The notes under the pieces: generated by a model
What the model was told of the DNA's origin: nothing
Seen by the model: the letters and a program-made list of their open reading frames with translations, nothing else
The model's database searches: none
Assembly: GCF_009834535.1 (NCBI RefSeq)
Contig: NC_045696.1
Span: 91,762,001 to 91,826,000, forward strand
Length of the DNA stretch: 64,000 bases
Direction of reading: 5' to 3'
DNA from: Camelus ferus
Lineage: Eukaryota
Shown here: positions 36,922 to 51,809 of the stretch, piece after piece
How positions within the stretch are numbered: position 1 is the stretch's first letter
Layout of the letters: each line of letters begins with the position of its first letter
Program-made: the position numbers and the translations under genes

Positions 36922-38369
36922 GCTTCTAAAACCCCACTGCATTTTTTTTGTTCTGAAAATTAAACCAGCCAAATATAACATAATGATAATTGTAACTAAT
37001 AGGGGCTTATAAAACATTAGAAATCATGCATGGGTAAGATAGGAGGAGCCTTAAATTCCATTTTTTTAAACCCTGGTTAAATCATTTAATCACTCTTTCT
37101 CAACTGGCAATCCTGATGATTTAGAAGCTTGTGAATACATTAGAACATTACTCTGTTTTCTGATAAATTTGTATAAATAAATAAATTCACACAATTACAT
37201 ATATCTTATTATTTTGAATGTGTATGTGTGTGTATACCAAAATAATGAGATTTTTCAAGACTGAAAAATATTAATAATAGATATGGACAGCCTAGAGTGA
37301 AGTAAGCAGGAAGGGACAGGGAGCTATACTGAATAGAATATTAGCTGAAAATATTTATGGGATAAAAAAGAAAAAGACCTAGGGTTAATAATAAGGCAAA
37401 TGAATAAACGGAATATAGGGGAGTTTCAATCTAAAAATATTTAATAAATTTTCAAATAGATTCATATAGCCATATAAACATCAACTTTCTTTAATTAATC
37501 CATGTGCTCTACCATCAGAATGCTTACAGAAATTCTTGTATGCAGGACTAATTCTATGCAAACTGGAAAGGAGGTAGAGTGCATTCACAGCCATACAGAG
37601 TACTGATTCTATCTTTTGCCCCCTTTCTCCTTGTGCTGGGAGGGCAGTAGAATAGGCAAAGGGCAAGAATTCCTTCAAAAGACTGCTTTTATACTACAAA
37701 ACCAGTTCATGCTAATTGCAGTTAAAAATTCTACATTATTACATAGTTTAAAAGTAACAAGCATAAAACCAAAAACACTTTGTAATTATAAGAATGAAGA
37801 GATCTGCAGACAACATTCACACATATGTGAAAAGATTTAGCTATGGGGATATTTATCAGAATATTACTTTAATAGAAAAAAAGTGAAAACAATTATTCAA
37901 AATAAGATATGATTTAAAATTATGATTCATCCAAAATTAGAATATTATGAGTATTTTTGACATGGAAAGATTTCACAATGGAAGAAATGAAGGGGTTGGA
38001 GATTATGAAACTATTATTCCACTTATAAAAATATATATATTCAAAACAGGAAGTCTCAGAGGATCACATCATATAATGCTATGTGAATGCTGGAATTTCC
38101 TAATCAATAGTGAATATGGCTTATTTTGGTAATAGGGAACAAAAGATTCATATTAAAGTAGCTGAACACTGAATCATGTAATATATCTATACCCATCTTA
38201 TAACCATTTCATAACCTATGGGTGGCTTGTGTCTACTAGTTCTCAGGACCTCTTCTGCCTTTCCCTTACAGAAATTTGTTTTATTTACCAGAGCTGGAAG
38301 TGGCCTGTATAGAGGCTTTCTCTGAAATATATACTGATGATAACAGTGAGTATGCTTTGATGTTTATAA

Positions 38370-38610
38370 GCAGTGGAGTTCAAGGGTTAAGGGTCCAAGT
38401 TTTGGAGGCACAGTTCTGGACTCAGGCTCTAATTCTGCTGATCAGAGGCTGTGTTGCCTTGGGCAAATGACTTAACTCCTCTAAACCCCAGTAATCTCAT
38501 TCGTAAACTGGAAATAATAAAAATGCTTAACCCAGGACGATGATAATAAGGGAGTACACTGTGGCTGCACTGTTTGACATGTGTTAGTGCTTTGTGAATG
38601 TTAGCTATTA
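38370..38610 (+). mobile_element. MIR SINE
   Basis: ggctgtgttgccttgggcaaatgacttaactcctctaaaccccagtaatctcattcgtaaactggaaataataa...aatgttagctatta. Confidence 0.75.
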
Positions 38611-39202
38611 TTTAGACTGTAGTAGGAAAGCTACTTAAATTCACAGGAATGACTTTTTTTTTTTTTTAAATGATATAAGGAGAGTATTAGTGGCTAGTGG
38701 GGAAGAGATGCTGGTAAGAAGTGAGAGACATTGGACATGGGGTGGGAAAGGGGAAATGGGTCATTTATTTCTCATTCAGATAGCATTGCTATTATTCATG
38801 CTACTGGTCCATAAATGTGGATGATTTTTAAGAGTCTATGAGCAGCAGGTGTGCTGTGTGCCTGGGTGAGTCCATGTGTGAAAGAGTGACTGGCTGTGAG
38901 TGTCGTCAAGAGAGTGTTCATGTGGGTGTTAGGGACAGGGCAGAGGAAAGCTCCTTCCTTTCACTGCTCAGCTGGAGCTTCCCTGAGGATGCAGAATGCT
39001 TAGTGTAGAAGCCATGTACGACACAACTTTTCCTGTTAAAGCGTAGACTGCATCGTGTAGGTGCCTAATTAATAACACTGAATGACCAAATTTTTTGATG
39101 ATTGGTGACTGAATGGGCAGAAGATGATCTAGGTTAAGGCGGAGAGGAAAGAGAATTGCATCACATTAGACCACAAGTATAGAATGGAACAAAAATGGGG
39201 CA

Positions 39203-42200
39203 AGGAGTGACCAGGATGGTGGAATAGGAAGACACTAAGCTCACCCCCTCTCATGGGCACACCAAAAGTACACCTATTTACAGAGAATTAGCTATAAAAA
39301 TGAACTGAAAACTAACAGAAAAGATTTTCCATACCTAAATATAAAAAGAAGGAACTACAATGAGACAGGTAGGAGGGGCAGAGATATAATATACTCAAGG
39401 CCCACACTATCTGGTAGGCAACCCATAAATGGGGGGATATTAACAACTGCACTGAGTCCTAACATAGAGCCAATAGTTTGAAAGGAGCCTGAGTCATACA
39501 TACTTGTGCTCTTGGGGAGACAGGAGGGAACTCGGGCTTCCCTGAAGATGGAGACACTGGAGGTAGCCATTTTGGGGAGCTTGTTCTACCACAAGGACAC
39601 TGGCAAACACCATTTGGAATTCTCCCTCTAGCCTGTTAGTACTGAGGGGCTAATCTGTCTACCAGCAATATGACACCACCTGGGCTCTTTGTGCCTGGTA
39701 ACCAGCTGCCGTGGGACCCATCCCTGTCCACCAGTAAGCTGGCAGCCACAGAATGGTGAGGCAAAGTCTGGCACCCAACTATGCCAGTGGCCAGCCCTGC
39801 CTACCAGTGCACCTACAGTAGTAAGCTCTGTCACAACAGAAGGCCCACACAGACCACATGGGAGCATCCATAGAGAACAGAGCTCTCGTGACCAGAGTGG
39901 AGTGTGCTTGCTGGTCTGCATAGGACGTCTCCTATATAAGGCTACTTCTTCATGATCAGAAGATGCAATCAACCTTCCTAATACATAGAAATAAACACAG
40001 AGAATTAGACAAAATAAGAAGACAGAGGAATTTGTTCCAAACAGAAGAACAACAACAAAAATTCAGAAAAAGAACTAAATGAAATGGAAATAAGCAATCT
40101 ACCCAATAAAGAATTCAAAGTAATGATCATAAATCTGCTCAAGGAACTCGGGAGAAGAATGGATAAACACATAACAAGTTTAACAGAGTTAGAAAACAAG
40201 TTTAACAGAGTTAGAAAATATAAAGAAGAACCAAACAGAGCTGAAGCATAATATAATTAAAATAAAAAAAAAATACTAGAAGGAACCAAAAATAGATTAG
40301 ATGATACAGAAGAACAGATCAGCAATTTGGACATAAGAGAAGTGGAAATCACCCAAGCTAAACAGAAACAAGAAAAATTTTTTAAATTAGGATAATGTAA
40401 GAGATTTCTGCGACAACAGCAAGTGTTTTAACGTTTGCATTACACTGGTCCCAGAAGGAGAAGAGAGAGTAAGGGGCAGAATACTTATTTGAAGAAAATT
40501 TCAGCTGAAAATTTCCATAACCTGGGAAAGGAAAAAGATATCTAGGTTCGGGGGGGAGGGTATAGCTCAGTGGTAGAGCGCATGCTTAGCATACACAGGG
40601 TACTGAGTTCAATCCCCAGTACCTCCTCTAAAAATAAATAAACATAATTACCTCCCCCAACCTAAAAAAAAAAAAAAGAAAAGAAAAGAAAAAAGATATC
40701 TAGGTCCAGGAAGCATAGACAGGCAAAACAAGATAAATGAAAAGAAGTCTATACCACACATTAGAATTAAAGTCCAAGGCACATTATAATTAAAATGGCA
40801 GAAATTAAGATAAAGAGAGAATCTTAAAAGCAGCAGGAGAAAAGCAACTAGTTACATACAAGGGAACTCCCACAAGACCATCAGCTAACTTTTCAAGCAG
40901 AAACTTTGCAGGCCAGAAAGAAATGGCACATTATATTCAAAGTGTTGTAAGGAAAAAACCTACACTCAAGAATATTCTACCCAGCAAGGCTATCATTCAG
41001 ATATGAAGGAGAGAGAGTTTTCTTTTTATCTCAGACAAGGAAGAGCTATAAGAGGTCAGCACCACTAAACCAGATTTACAAGAAATGTTAAAGGGATTTC
41101 TCTAAGTAGAAAAGACCACAACTAAACATAATAAAATTATGAAAGAAAAAAAATCTCACAGGTAAAGGTAAACATATAGAAAAGGGAGTAGATCCACCAC
41201 TAATAAAGCTTGTGAGAAGATTAAAAGTAGTTAAATCATCTATATCCACAATAAGTAGTTAAGGGATACATAAAACAAAAAGATGTTAAACATGGTGTCA
41301 AAAACATTGAACATTGCAGGGGAGTTAAAATACAGAGTTATTAGAATGCATCTGAACTTAAGAGATCATCAACTTAAAATAATCATATTTTATTTATATA
41401 TATATAAATAATATATATATAAACCTCATGGTAACCAAAAACCAAAAATCTATAATAGATACACAAAAGCAAAGAGAAAGGAACTCAAACAATACACTTA
41501 AATATAGTCATTAAATAAGAAGGGAAGAGAACAAAAGCAGTCGAAAATAACAAAAAGAACTACAAAAACAACCAGGAAATAATTACAATATGACAATAAG
41601 TACATATCTATCAATAATTACTTTAAATGTAAATGGATTAAATGCTCCAATCAAAGTCTGAATGAGTATGTTTTAAAAATGACCTATATATGTACACTGT
41701 CTAAAAAAGATTCACTTTAGATATTAAAGACATACAGAGACTGAAAGTGAAGGGATGAAAAAAGGTACTCCATGCAAATGAAAATGGAAAGAAAGCTGGG
41801 GAGGCAATGCTCATATCACACAAAATAGACTTTAAAACAAAAGATTTTAACAAGACACAAAGAAGGACATTATATAATGATCAAGGGACCAATCCAACAA
41901 GAAGATAAAACAATTGTAAATATATATGCACTCAACAAAGGAGCACCTAAATACATAAAGCAAATATTAACAAACATAAAGGGAGAAATAGACAGTAATA
42001 TAATAATAGTAGGGGACTTAAAACATCACTTAAACAATGGACAGATCATCCAGACAGAAAAATCAGTAAGGAAACACTGGCTTTAAACAGCACATTAAAC
42101 CAAATGAACAATAGATACATATACATCTGAAGACAGCACATTCTTTTCAAGTGCACATGGAATGTTCTCCAGGACTGATCATATGCTAGGCCACACAAAA

Positions 42201-45134
42201 AGTCTCAATAAATTTAAGAAAACTGAAATCACATAAAGCATTTTTTCTGACCACAGCAGTATGAGACTAGAAATCAAGTACAGTAAAAAAATTCCAAAAT
42301 ACAAATACGTGGAGGCTAACCAATATGCTACTAAACAACCAATGAATTACTAAAGAAATTAAGGAGGATTTGAAAACAAGGAAACAAGGAAACTCTAAAA
42401 TGAATAACCTAAACTTATACCTAAAAAAACTAGAAAAAGAAGAAATTCAAAACCCATAGTTACCAGAAATAAATAATAAAGATCAGAGGGAAATAAAGAA
42501 ATAGAGACTGAAAAAACAGTTTAAAAGATCAATGAAACTAACAGCTGGTTCTTTGAAAATATAAACAAAATTGATAAACCTTTAGCAAGACTCATCAAGG
42601 AAAAAGGAGGGCCCAAATAAATAAAATTAGAAATGAAACTTACAAATGAGACCACAGAAATACAAAGGATTATAAGGTATTTCTACAAACAATTAATATA
42701 CCAATAAAATGGACAACGTAGAAGAAATAAGTAAATTCCTAGAAACATACAATCTCCCAATACTGAATCAGGAAGAAATAGAAAATATAAACAGATTGAT
42801 TATCAGTAATGAAATTGAATCAGTAAAAACAAAACAAAAGACAAAAACAAAAGACAAACAAACAAAAACCTCCCAACAAACAAAAGTCCAGGACCCAATG
42901 GCTTCACAGGTAAAATCTACAAAATGTTTAGAGTTAACACCTATCCTTCTCAAACTATTCCAAATATTGAAGAAAGAATGTTTCAAAACTCATTTTAGGG
43001 GGCCAGCATCACCATGATACCAAAACTAGAGAAAGACACCTAGCAAAAAAAAAAAAAAAGAGAGAGAGAGAGGAGAAAAAAAAAAAGAAAATAACAGGCT
43101 ATTACTGATAAACATAGAAGCAAAAATCCTCAACAAAATATTAGCAAACTAAAATTCAACAATACATTAAGGGGATCATACATTATGATCAAGTGGGGTT
43201 TATCCTAGGGATGCAAGCATGGTTCAATATCTGCAAATCAATCAATATTATACACCACATTAAGAATTTAAGAATAACAATTTAAGAATAAAAATCAGAT
43301 GATCATCTTAAGAGATGCAGAAAAAGCTATTGACAGAATTTAACATCCATTTATAATAATAAAAAAGCTCTCAACCAAGTGACTACAGAGGGAAGATACC
43401 TTAACATAATAAAGACCGTATATGACAAATCCATAGCTTACTTCATACTCAATGGTGAGAAGATGAAAGCATTTTCTCTAAGATCAGGAACAAGACAAGG
43501 ATGCTCATTCTATTTACTTTTATTCAACATAGTATTGGGAGTTCTAGCCACAGCAATCAGACAATGAAAAAAGTAAAAGAAATCAGAATTGGAAAGGAAG
43601 AAGTAAAACTGTGACTATTTGCAGATGACATGATACTATACATAGAAAATCCTAAAGATTTCACAAAAAACTACCAGACTAATAAATTTATTCAGTAAAT
43701 TTACAGGATATAAAATCAACATACAGAAATCTGTTGCCTTTCTATATACTACCAATGAGCTATCAGAAAGAGAATTTAAGAAAACAATTTCTAATTTGTA
43801 ATTGCATCAAAAGGAATAAAATACCCAGGAATAAATCTAACCAAGGAGGTAAAAGACTTGTGGTTAGAAAGCTGTAAGATATCAATGAAAGAAATTGAAG
43901 ATGATACAAACAAATGGAAAGATATACCATACTCATGGACTGAAAAAATTAATACTGTTAAAATGACCATGTTCTCCAAGGCAATCTACAAATTCAATCC
44001 AATCCCTAAACACCACTGGCATTTTTAATAGAATTAGAAAAAATAATTGTATGGAAACAAAAAAGACCTCAAATAGTCAAGGTAATCTTGAGAAATAAGA
44101 ACAAAGCTGGAAGTATTATGCTTCCTGATTTCAAAATACACTACAAAGCTACAATAATAAAAATAGTATGGTACTGGCACAAAAAGGTAGATCAATGGAA
44201 CAGAATAGAAAGCCAAGAAATAACCTTATGCTTATATGGTCAATTAATCTATGACAAAGGAGGCAAGAATATACAGTGAGGAAAAGATAGGCTCTTCAAT
44301 AAATGGTGATGAGAAAACTGAACAGCTACATGCAAAAAAAAAAAAATGAAACTGGACCACTTTCTCACACCATATTAAGAAATAAATTCAAAATGGATTA
44401 AAGATTCAAATGTGAGGCCTGAAAGCATAAAACTCTAAGAAGACATAGGCAGTATACTCTCTGATAGTGGTTTTAGTAGTACTTTTCTGAATCTGTCTCC
44501 TCAGGCAATGGAACCAAAAGCAAAAATACATAAATGGGACTGCATCAAATTCAAAAGTTTTTGTACAGTGAAAGAAACTGTCAACAAAACAAAAAGGCAA
44601 CTTACTCGATGGAAGATGTTTGCAAATCATATATGTGAAAGGGTTTAATATCCAAAACATACAGAGAATTCATTCAACTCAACATCAAACACAAACAACA
44701 CAATTAAAAATGGGCAGAGGACCTGAATAGACAATTTTTCCAAAGAAGACATACAGACAGCCAACATACACATGAAAAGATGCTCAACAACACTAGTAAT
44801 CAGGGAATTATATAAATACAAAACCACAATGAGATATCACATGACACCTGTGAGAATGACTGTTACCGAAAAGACAACAAATAACAAGTATTGGTAAGCT
44901 TGTGGAGAAAAGGGAAACCTTGCATAGTATTGGGGGAAAGTAAATTGGTACAGCCACTAGGGAAAACAGTATGGAGATTCCTCAAAAAGTTAAAAACTGC
45001 CATATGATCTAGCAATTTTATTTACTCAAAAAGATACATGAACTGCAATGTTGATTGCAGCATTATTTACAATAGCCAAATTATGAAAGCAATCTAAGTG
45101 CCCTTTGACTAGACAAATGGATAAAGAAGGTATG

Positions 45135-45167
<33 letters not shown>

Positions 45168-45630
45168 ATAGAATATTATTCAGTCATAAAAAGTATGAAA
45201 TCTTGCCATTTGTGACAACAAGGATGGATTTAGAAGGTATTATACTAAGTGAAATCAGTCAGACAGAGAAAGACAAATACCACATGATTGCACTGATATA
45301 TGTAATGTAAAAACATGAACAAACAAAACCAAATGAAAACAGACTCATAAGAGAACAAATGGGTGGTTGCCAGAGGGAAGGGGTGAGTGGTGAAATAGGT
45401 GAAGGGGATTAAAAGGCACAACTCCACTTATATAATAAATAAGTCACAGAGATGTAATATACAGCATAAGAAAGATGGTCCAAAATATTTTAATAACTCT
45501 GTATGGGGACAGATGGTTATTGGACATCAAGGTGATCATTTCATAATGTAGCAGTATCAAATCATTATGTCGTACCCCTGCAACTAACATAGTATTCTAC
45601 GGCAACCATCTTTCAATAATGAAAAAAAGA
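39203..45630 (+). mobile_element. Near-full-length older L1 (5'UTR, ORF1, ORF2, 3'UTR), dead
   Basis: 5' ggagtgaccaggatggtggaataggaagacactaagctcacc; ORF1 text about 40010-41110; ORF2 from about 41590 (tcaataattactttaaatgtaaatggattaaatgctccaatc), FADD near 43618; 3'UTR ends ttcaataatgaaaaaaag; many stops and indels. Confidence 0.9.
40548..40689 (+). mobile_element. tRNA-Ala-derived camelid SINE (vic-1-like), full length, inserted in L1 ORF1
   Basis: ggggagggtatagctcagtggtagagcgcatgcttagcatacacagggtactgagttcaatccccagtacctcc closely follows tRNA-Ala(AGC), with A and B boxes; A tail; 16-bp TSD aaaaagatatctaggt at 40532-40547 and 40690-40705. Confidence 0.95.
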
Positions 45631-47059
45631 ATGAATAGTGCTAATCTTTCTGAGAGAGGTGGATTTAGGAATTGAGGCACAGGACAGATTACATAGGATT
45701 GAAACAAAATGTCTAAAATTTATCGCAAGGTCCTGAGGGAGATGGTGCAGTTAAAGAAAAGCCAGAAAGGCTAAGATCTAGCCTTAAAAGAGGAAAACCA
45801 CACTGGAGTGGAAGAATGAAGAGAGGAAGAAGGCTGCAAGGGCAGAGGTGAAGTATGACTAGAGAATAAACCAGAACTACAGCTATCTCAAAGCTTGAGA
45901 AAGGAGTCTCAGAGAAGAGATATCCATCTTAAAGAGTGTATGCCTAAGTTCACTGCAGAAAATTCCAAGATTTAAGCATTTGTAAAATGGAGATAATATG
46001 TAAATAGAGATAATCTTTATAGGAAAGCTCAAAGTTAGAAGCAAATGAAAAATAAAGGAAACAGATATAATCTTATATGTCTCAAGTAATCAAAGCCCAA
46101 GTGGCTTCTAAAGGACACCCTTTTATTAGATTCCATATTCTAATGGTGACCTGGTTCTAATGGTGACTCTGGGTTCTAGTTAAGACCATCTGGTTTGCAA
46201 CTTGTTTACAGTCCCTAGGAACTGTATTTTTTTGCAGTTCCCTGCTTTTGGAAACAGAAGCATCCCACAGTGTCCCTTTAATAAGTTAGCCTCTTTTAAG
46301 AGCTGTTGGATTTAGTAAAACTAAGGATCACTGCAAACCTTCTTGGTTTTCTGTTTATAAAATCAGCACTTCTCCTTTTTTGGAAGCTAAAGTTGTATTA
46401 TTCCTCCTGGAGTTCAAAGCTTCAAAAGGAATCATAAAGGCTGGTCAATTCATCACAGTGAACTCCCTGTGAAAATTATGGCTTACAGGTAAGGTCACAG
46501 TGGAACTCTGTTCAGAGACTCTTCCATCTGCTATGCAACAGATGACTCCTGAATTAATCATAGCCACTCCCTTCTTCAGCAACTTGTTCTAAGAGCAGGC
46601 AAACTGCTGTTAGAACTAATCAGTGTTGACTGGAAAATAAATCAGTGGAATGAACCTTTGGGCAAACAGAAATTAATATGTACAGTTTTCCTTGGTTATT
46701 AAAGGTGTATTTAAGGAAATTCTAATACTTTTACCCTAAATATAATCATTTGGTGTGCTATCACTCCAGGAAAACCACTTTAAAATGCAGTTTAATATTC
46801 TCTATTTGTCTAGTTCTTTTGTGTTCCTACATTTTATACTGTTGATTCTCCTAATACTCCACAGTATTTAAGGAAGACTATCATATTCCCATTTTACAGG
46901 TGAAGCAACTGAGTCAAAGAGAGTAATAACTTATCTAGAAGTCCCATTAAAAAAACATAAACTTGCCAGAAAATTGAAGTGTTTGACTCCTGGATCAGTA
47001 TTTTTTTTAATTGAACCCTATCACTCATTTTGATTTTTTTTCACTTTAACAGAGGAGCT

Positions 47060-47432
47060 ACTAATTAAGGAATACAATACTTATACATGCCACAACATGA
47101 GTGAAAGTCAAAAAACATACCATTATACCAAGTCAAAGAAGCCAGACAGGAAAGATCGTGTTATATGATTCTATTTATATGACATGTCAAGAACAGGCAA
47201 AGCTATAGAGAAAGAAAGTAAATTAATGATTGGTGGGGGATGGGCAGAAGGGTAAGGGAAATCATTGTTAATGACCATGAGGTTTCTTTTTGAGGTGACA
47301 TAAATGCTCTAAAATTAGATCATGGTGATAGTTATACAAGTCTATAAATATCCTAAAAACCACTGAATTGTACACTTAAAATATGTGAATTTTGATATTT
47401 AAAATATTTTCAATAAGACTGTTCTTTAAAAA
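47060..47432 (+). mobile_element. L1MB/L1ME-type 3' end
   Basis: atacatgccacaacatga...gaagccagaca...tatgattctatttatatga...ggtttctttttgaggtgac...ctctaaaattagatcatggtgatagtt...aaccactgaattgtacactt. Confidence 0.8.
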
Positions 47433-50400
47433 TTCAACTAGGATGTTAAAATATTATGTGCAAAGTAATTTCATTAAAATATTTATGTATTATATATTAT
47501 ACCAGAGAGTCTTCTGAAAGAAAAAAATCCAAAAGTGTTTTCACTAGGAATAAATCTGAAAGTTGGTCAAATAAATTTTAGGAAGAATATTTATGCTAAA
47601 GTGATTTATCTGAACTCTGTCTTCAAATATTTGTAACTGCTGACAAAAGTAAAGGACACTGTATTCTACCAGGTGGAAGGAAAATCATTTAAGTGGACGG
47701 GTTTGTGGGTCACAGTGACCTCTGAGAGGAGTATTAGCAATTGAGATAAATTATGCATTTTGGAAGTTATATTAGTGTGAGCTGAGCATAAAATTAAAGA
47801 ACTTATGTAAATAAATCTTTAAAAGGGAACCAAGAATTTAGTCTCCAAAATTTTATTTTGTATGTTTACTTTCCTATGAAAAAGATAACATTTTGGCATT
47901 AAGAGTTAGGCTGTTAATTAGAGCCTATGATTTACTTTTAAACCACTATTAAATATATGAACTAGAATTATCATATGTATTCAAATTTTCAAGCATCTGT
48001 GTTTCAAAAGACAAACAAAGGGAAAATGTTGGCAAAACAGTTAAAGTTTTCATGTAAGAAAGTAATGATCATAAAGACTATATACTTGAATCAAAGTTGA
48101 AATTGTTCAAGGTGATTTAAAAGAAAAAAATGTATCAACGTAAAAATACAAATATGTATGTAACTTTGGAAACAAGCGAAAGGCATCAGAATTAGGATAA
48201 GAATTACAACCTATTAGAACCCGAAATGGCCTCTGAAGCCTTAGCTTAACCATTAGTTACCCAGGTGTGGAAAAACACTCATCAGGGCTAAATGGCATAT
48301 CAGAGTCACCTGGCTAATATGTGGAGGGTCACCATCTTCTGATTCTTGGCCTAGCATGCTTTCAATTAGTACCACACTGGTGGGAAATGTGGGTCAGGGG
48401 TAGAGGCTGGAAGACACAACAGAGAGATAGTTACACAGTTCAAAATGGAGAAAGAGAAATTTATTCTAAAAGTAAGAGATATGGAAATATAAAATATTAG
48501 AACAATTTATAAATTTTATTTATAAGGAAACAATAATGACATGGTATTCAGTACAGGTTTAAAAATTCAGAATATAAAAAATATGTTTCATGTTAATCAA
48601 AAAGTATAACGTGTTAACTCATTTATTACAAGAGAGAACTTAAGAGAGAATAAGGAACAACTAAGAGCATAAATAATAACCAGCCACACTATAGAAGTTC
48701 AAGTGAAATGAATTAACAGATGGCAGGATACAGGGGAAATAGTGAAGTGTTTGAATGCTCTGAAGGAGAAAATAGGGGATAGTAGGTGGGGCAGAGAATT
48801 AGGCTAGGAAAATAGAAGGGAAGATGTTCAACTAGTATTAGAAAGGAAAACTTACTGTGATGTTTATCACTTACAGCTGGTTCTGCAACTGTGGCGAAGC
48901 CAGTAAAATGACTTGAAAGAAATATAAACAATGCAAATACTTAGAATTGGATTTAAGATCATTAATAGTAAAAAGCCACATCAAAAAGTGAATTTAAATA
49001 CTTTTTATTGTATACTTTGAACAAACAATTATATTTCTTAAAAGTAAGACACAGGGAGACTCAAGAGATGAGTAGTTTATCAGTCTGCCCTTATTTTAAT
49101 TTACCCAAAGACAATCTAAAATGCTATGCCCATTATGTTAACCCAATGATTTATCTAGGGAGAATATATGCCCTGTGGCTTTTCCTCTTCTCAAATAATT
49201 GATACGATTTCTGAAAAGATATTAATAAACTGGAAAATCTATAGATATTATCAAGATAATATAAAATCTTAAGCATATTAATTGGTTAGTAATAGAAATA
49301 TTAGGCATGCATTTAAAAGAAAGCCAACTAAGAAATAAGATAGTTGAAGTTCCTGAAAGTTATGACAGTGAAGTCGTAAGATGGTAGAGAAAGTAAAAGT
49401 AAACAAAGTAATCTGAATGACAACAAACTTGGAGCTAGAGAAATTTATAACATATTTTCAATATAGAGGACTAAGAGAAGCTGCCAAGAATGGCTAAAAA
49501 TAAGAGTGCTGGCACATATAACCAGCATGGGGCTAGAAGGTCAGACATCCAGTGAAGATTCATGAAGACCTGGAGAGCACCTAGTCACCGAGAATCAAAG
49601 TGAAGACAAGGCCAGTTGGCTGGCATATGGTAAATGCCAAATAACTATTTGCTGAAAAAAATGAAGTTATTCCCAGGATATGATCAACCCAACGCCAACA
49701 AATGGGAATAGATGAGTTGTGGTAAGAGGCCAGTGAACAGGTCAATGGATAGTGGGCAGAGGTAAAAGCAGACTATACCAAACAGAAAATAGGTAGTAAG
49801 GGGAGGGGAGCGGAGAGGCTGGCTTGGACCACTGGAGGTGGGAGCACCTGTGAAAGTCCCAGGACCCTAGAGGGGAGAAGAAAGTGTATCAAGTACGGGA
49901 CTAGAACACTACCAAGACCTGAGATGGAAAATTTGCTGTCTTTCCTGCACTTTCAGTTCTATAGCTTTCCTAAACCACTGTAACCACTTTGGCAACATGA
50001 ATTGGAAAGAAACAAAATGTCAGTGCAATCAGTTCACCAGAAGGGTATTTGTGGATAAAGCAAAAGGTACATTAATAAACATTTTTCTAAATATTCTGAC
50101 AGTTTCTACAAGAACTTGACATGGGAATAAGATTGTTGTGGAGTCAAAAACAAACAAAAAACAACTTGGTGCCCTTCATGAATAGGTTCATAGAAACTTG
50201 TCATCTCTAGTTAAGAGAAGCTTTAATGATCCTGTCCACTCTGACCTACAAATTTTCAATGGTTTCAACCAAGAGAGAAGTAACAGCCTTTTAAGGTGGT
50301 TTCTTTCTCTGCTAACACAGTTTGGGTGTTACCCATGCAGTGAATCTATTCAACACCAGCAGCAAAAATGAAACCCTAATTTAGTCTTGAAATTATGTGC

Positions 50401-51809
50401 CATTTTGCTCTGTAATTACACCATCCTTTAGATGAGCCTGTATTACATCTATAACTATATGACCTCTAAATGAAGAACTGAATAAATGACCTGTACTTTT
50501 GATTTAAATATAGACTGCACTTAATAAAGGTGAGGACTTAATGAGTATAAAAACCATAGCTAACCAGTATTATACTGTTTTGGTGAGGTGTTTTTTGTTG
50601 TTGTTGTTTTTGTAGGAGGTAGAATCTGAGCTAAGTCTTGAAATATGTGTAGAGATTTCTTCTTTTTTGAAGAAAGTTTATTGTTAAAATCAGAAAAAAA
50701 AATAAATAACGGGAAAAATCACTCATATTTCCATCACACTAAAATTTATTTTCATATCTTCATGTTCTCTTCTGGTTTCTATTGACAAATACACCTATTT
50801 TGACATAACTGTATTATAATATACACAGAATTTTGTGCATTTTATTACTATGTAATAATTATAGCATTTCCCATGTTGTCATAAGTCTAAATAATGTTTC
50901 AAGTTATGGTATATGGTAATTTATTACCCATTTCCCTAGAGTTAAGGATAAATTATTTCTAATCACTCACTATTAAAAATATGATCTTTGCATATAAATA
51001 TTTTTTTCTGCAGTTTTCTAACATAAATTCATAAGACGGAGATTACTTCATCACAAGCATTATGGGTTAGAAAAACACAATAATTTTTATCACCAAAGGA
51101 AGAGAAACTATCACTTAAAGTCTGTACTAGTTTAAAAGGAGGTAAATGTTTTATTTTTGTTTAGTTATTAGTAATTGAATGTTTCCTTCTTGTTTATCAT
51201 ATTTCCTGTGTTAACTGTCTGTTTCTGTTTTTCAACCATTTGCCTGCTTGGGGTCTTGGAGTTTTCTTAAACAATTGAATAAATTCTTTATATGGTATGG
51301 ATACTAACCTTTGCATACCATATATGATACAAATTTTTTTTGCCCATCTTCTAACTTTAGGTTGGTTGGCACTTTTTGAAGTCAGAGATTCTACATTTTT
51401 ATAGACAAGATCTGTCAATCTTACTCTTTGCTATTTTCAAAGTGCTGCTTTATCACTCTGTGATTAGGATAAGTTCTATATCTTTTTTTTTTTTTGGTGC
51501 TAGTTTTTTTCTGTTATTTTTTAACCTATATAATTTGAGGTTTATTTTGGTGTATTTGGTTTATTTTGTTTTAGTTATCCATATGCCACTTATTACAAAA
51601 TTTGGGTTTTTTCCATCTGTTAGTGATCCTTATATTAAAATCTGATGCTACTTCTGGATTTGCTATTCTGTTCTAAAAATATACATTGGCATTTGTACAG
51701 CTGCTACACACTCCTATAACAACACATTCTAACTATGCTAGAGCTAGGTGGCCAAACATGGTTCTTTCTTCCCAGGCTAATTTTTAAAATATTTTCCCCA
51801 AGATCTGAC

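Noticed and set aside
40555..40630. tRNA-Ala gene
   Set aside because: Stem mismatches, extra 3' body, A tail and 16-bp TSD show it is a SINE; the same applies to 2529-2632.
39180..45645. TSD for the large 39.2-45.6 kb L1
   Set aside because: Only a weak agaatg-type similarity between flanks, too degenerate to call.
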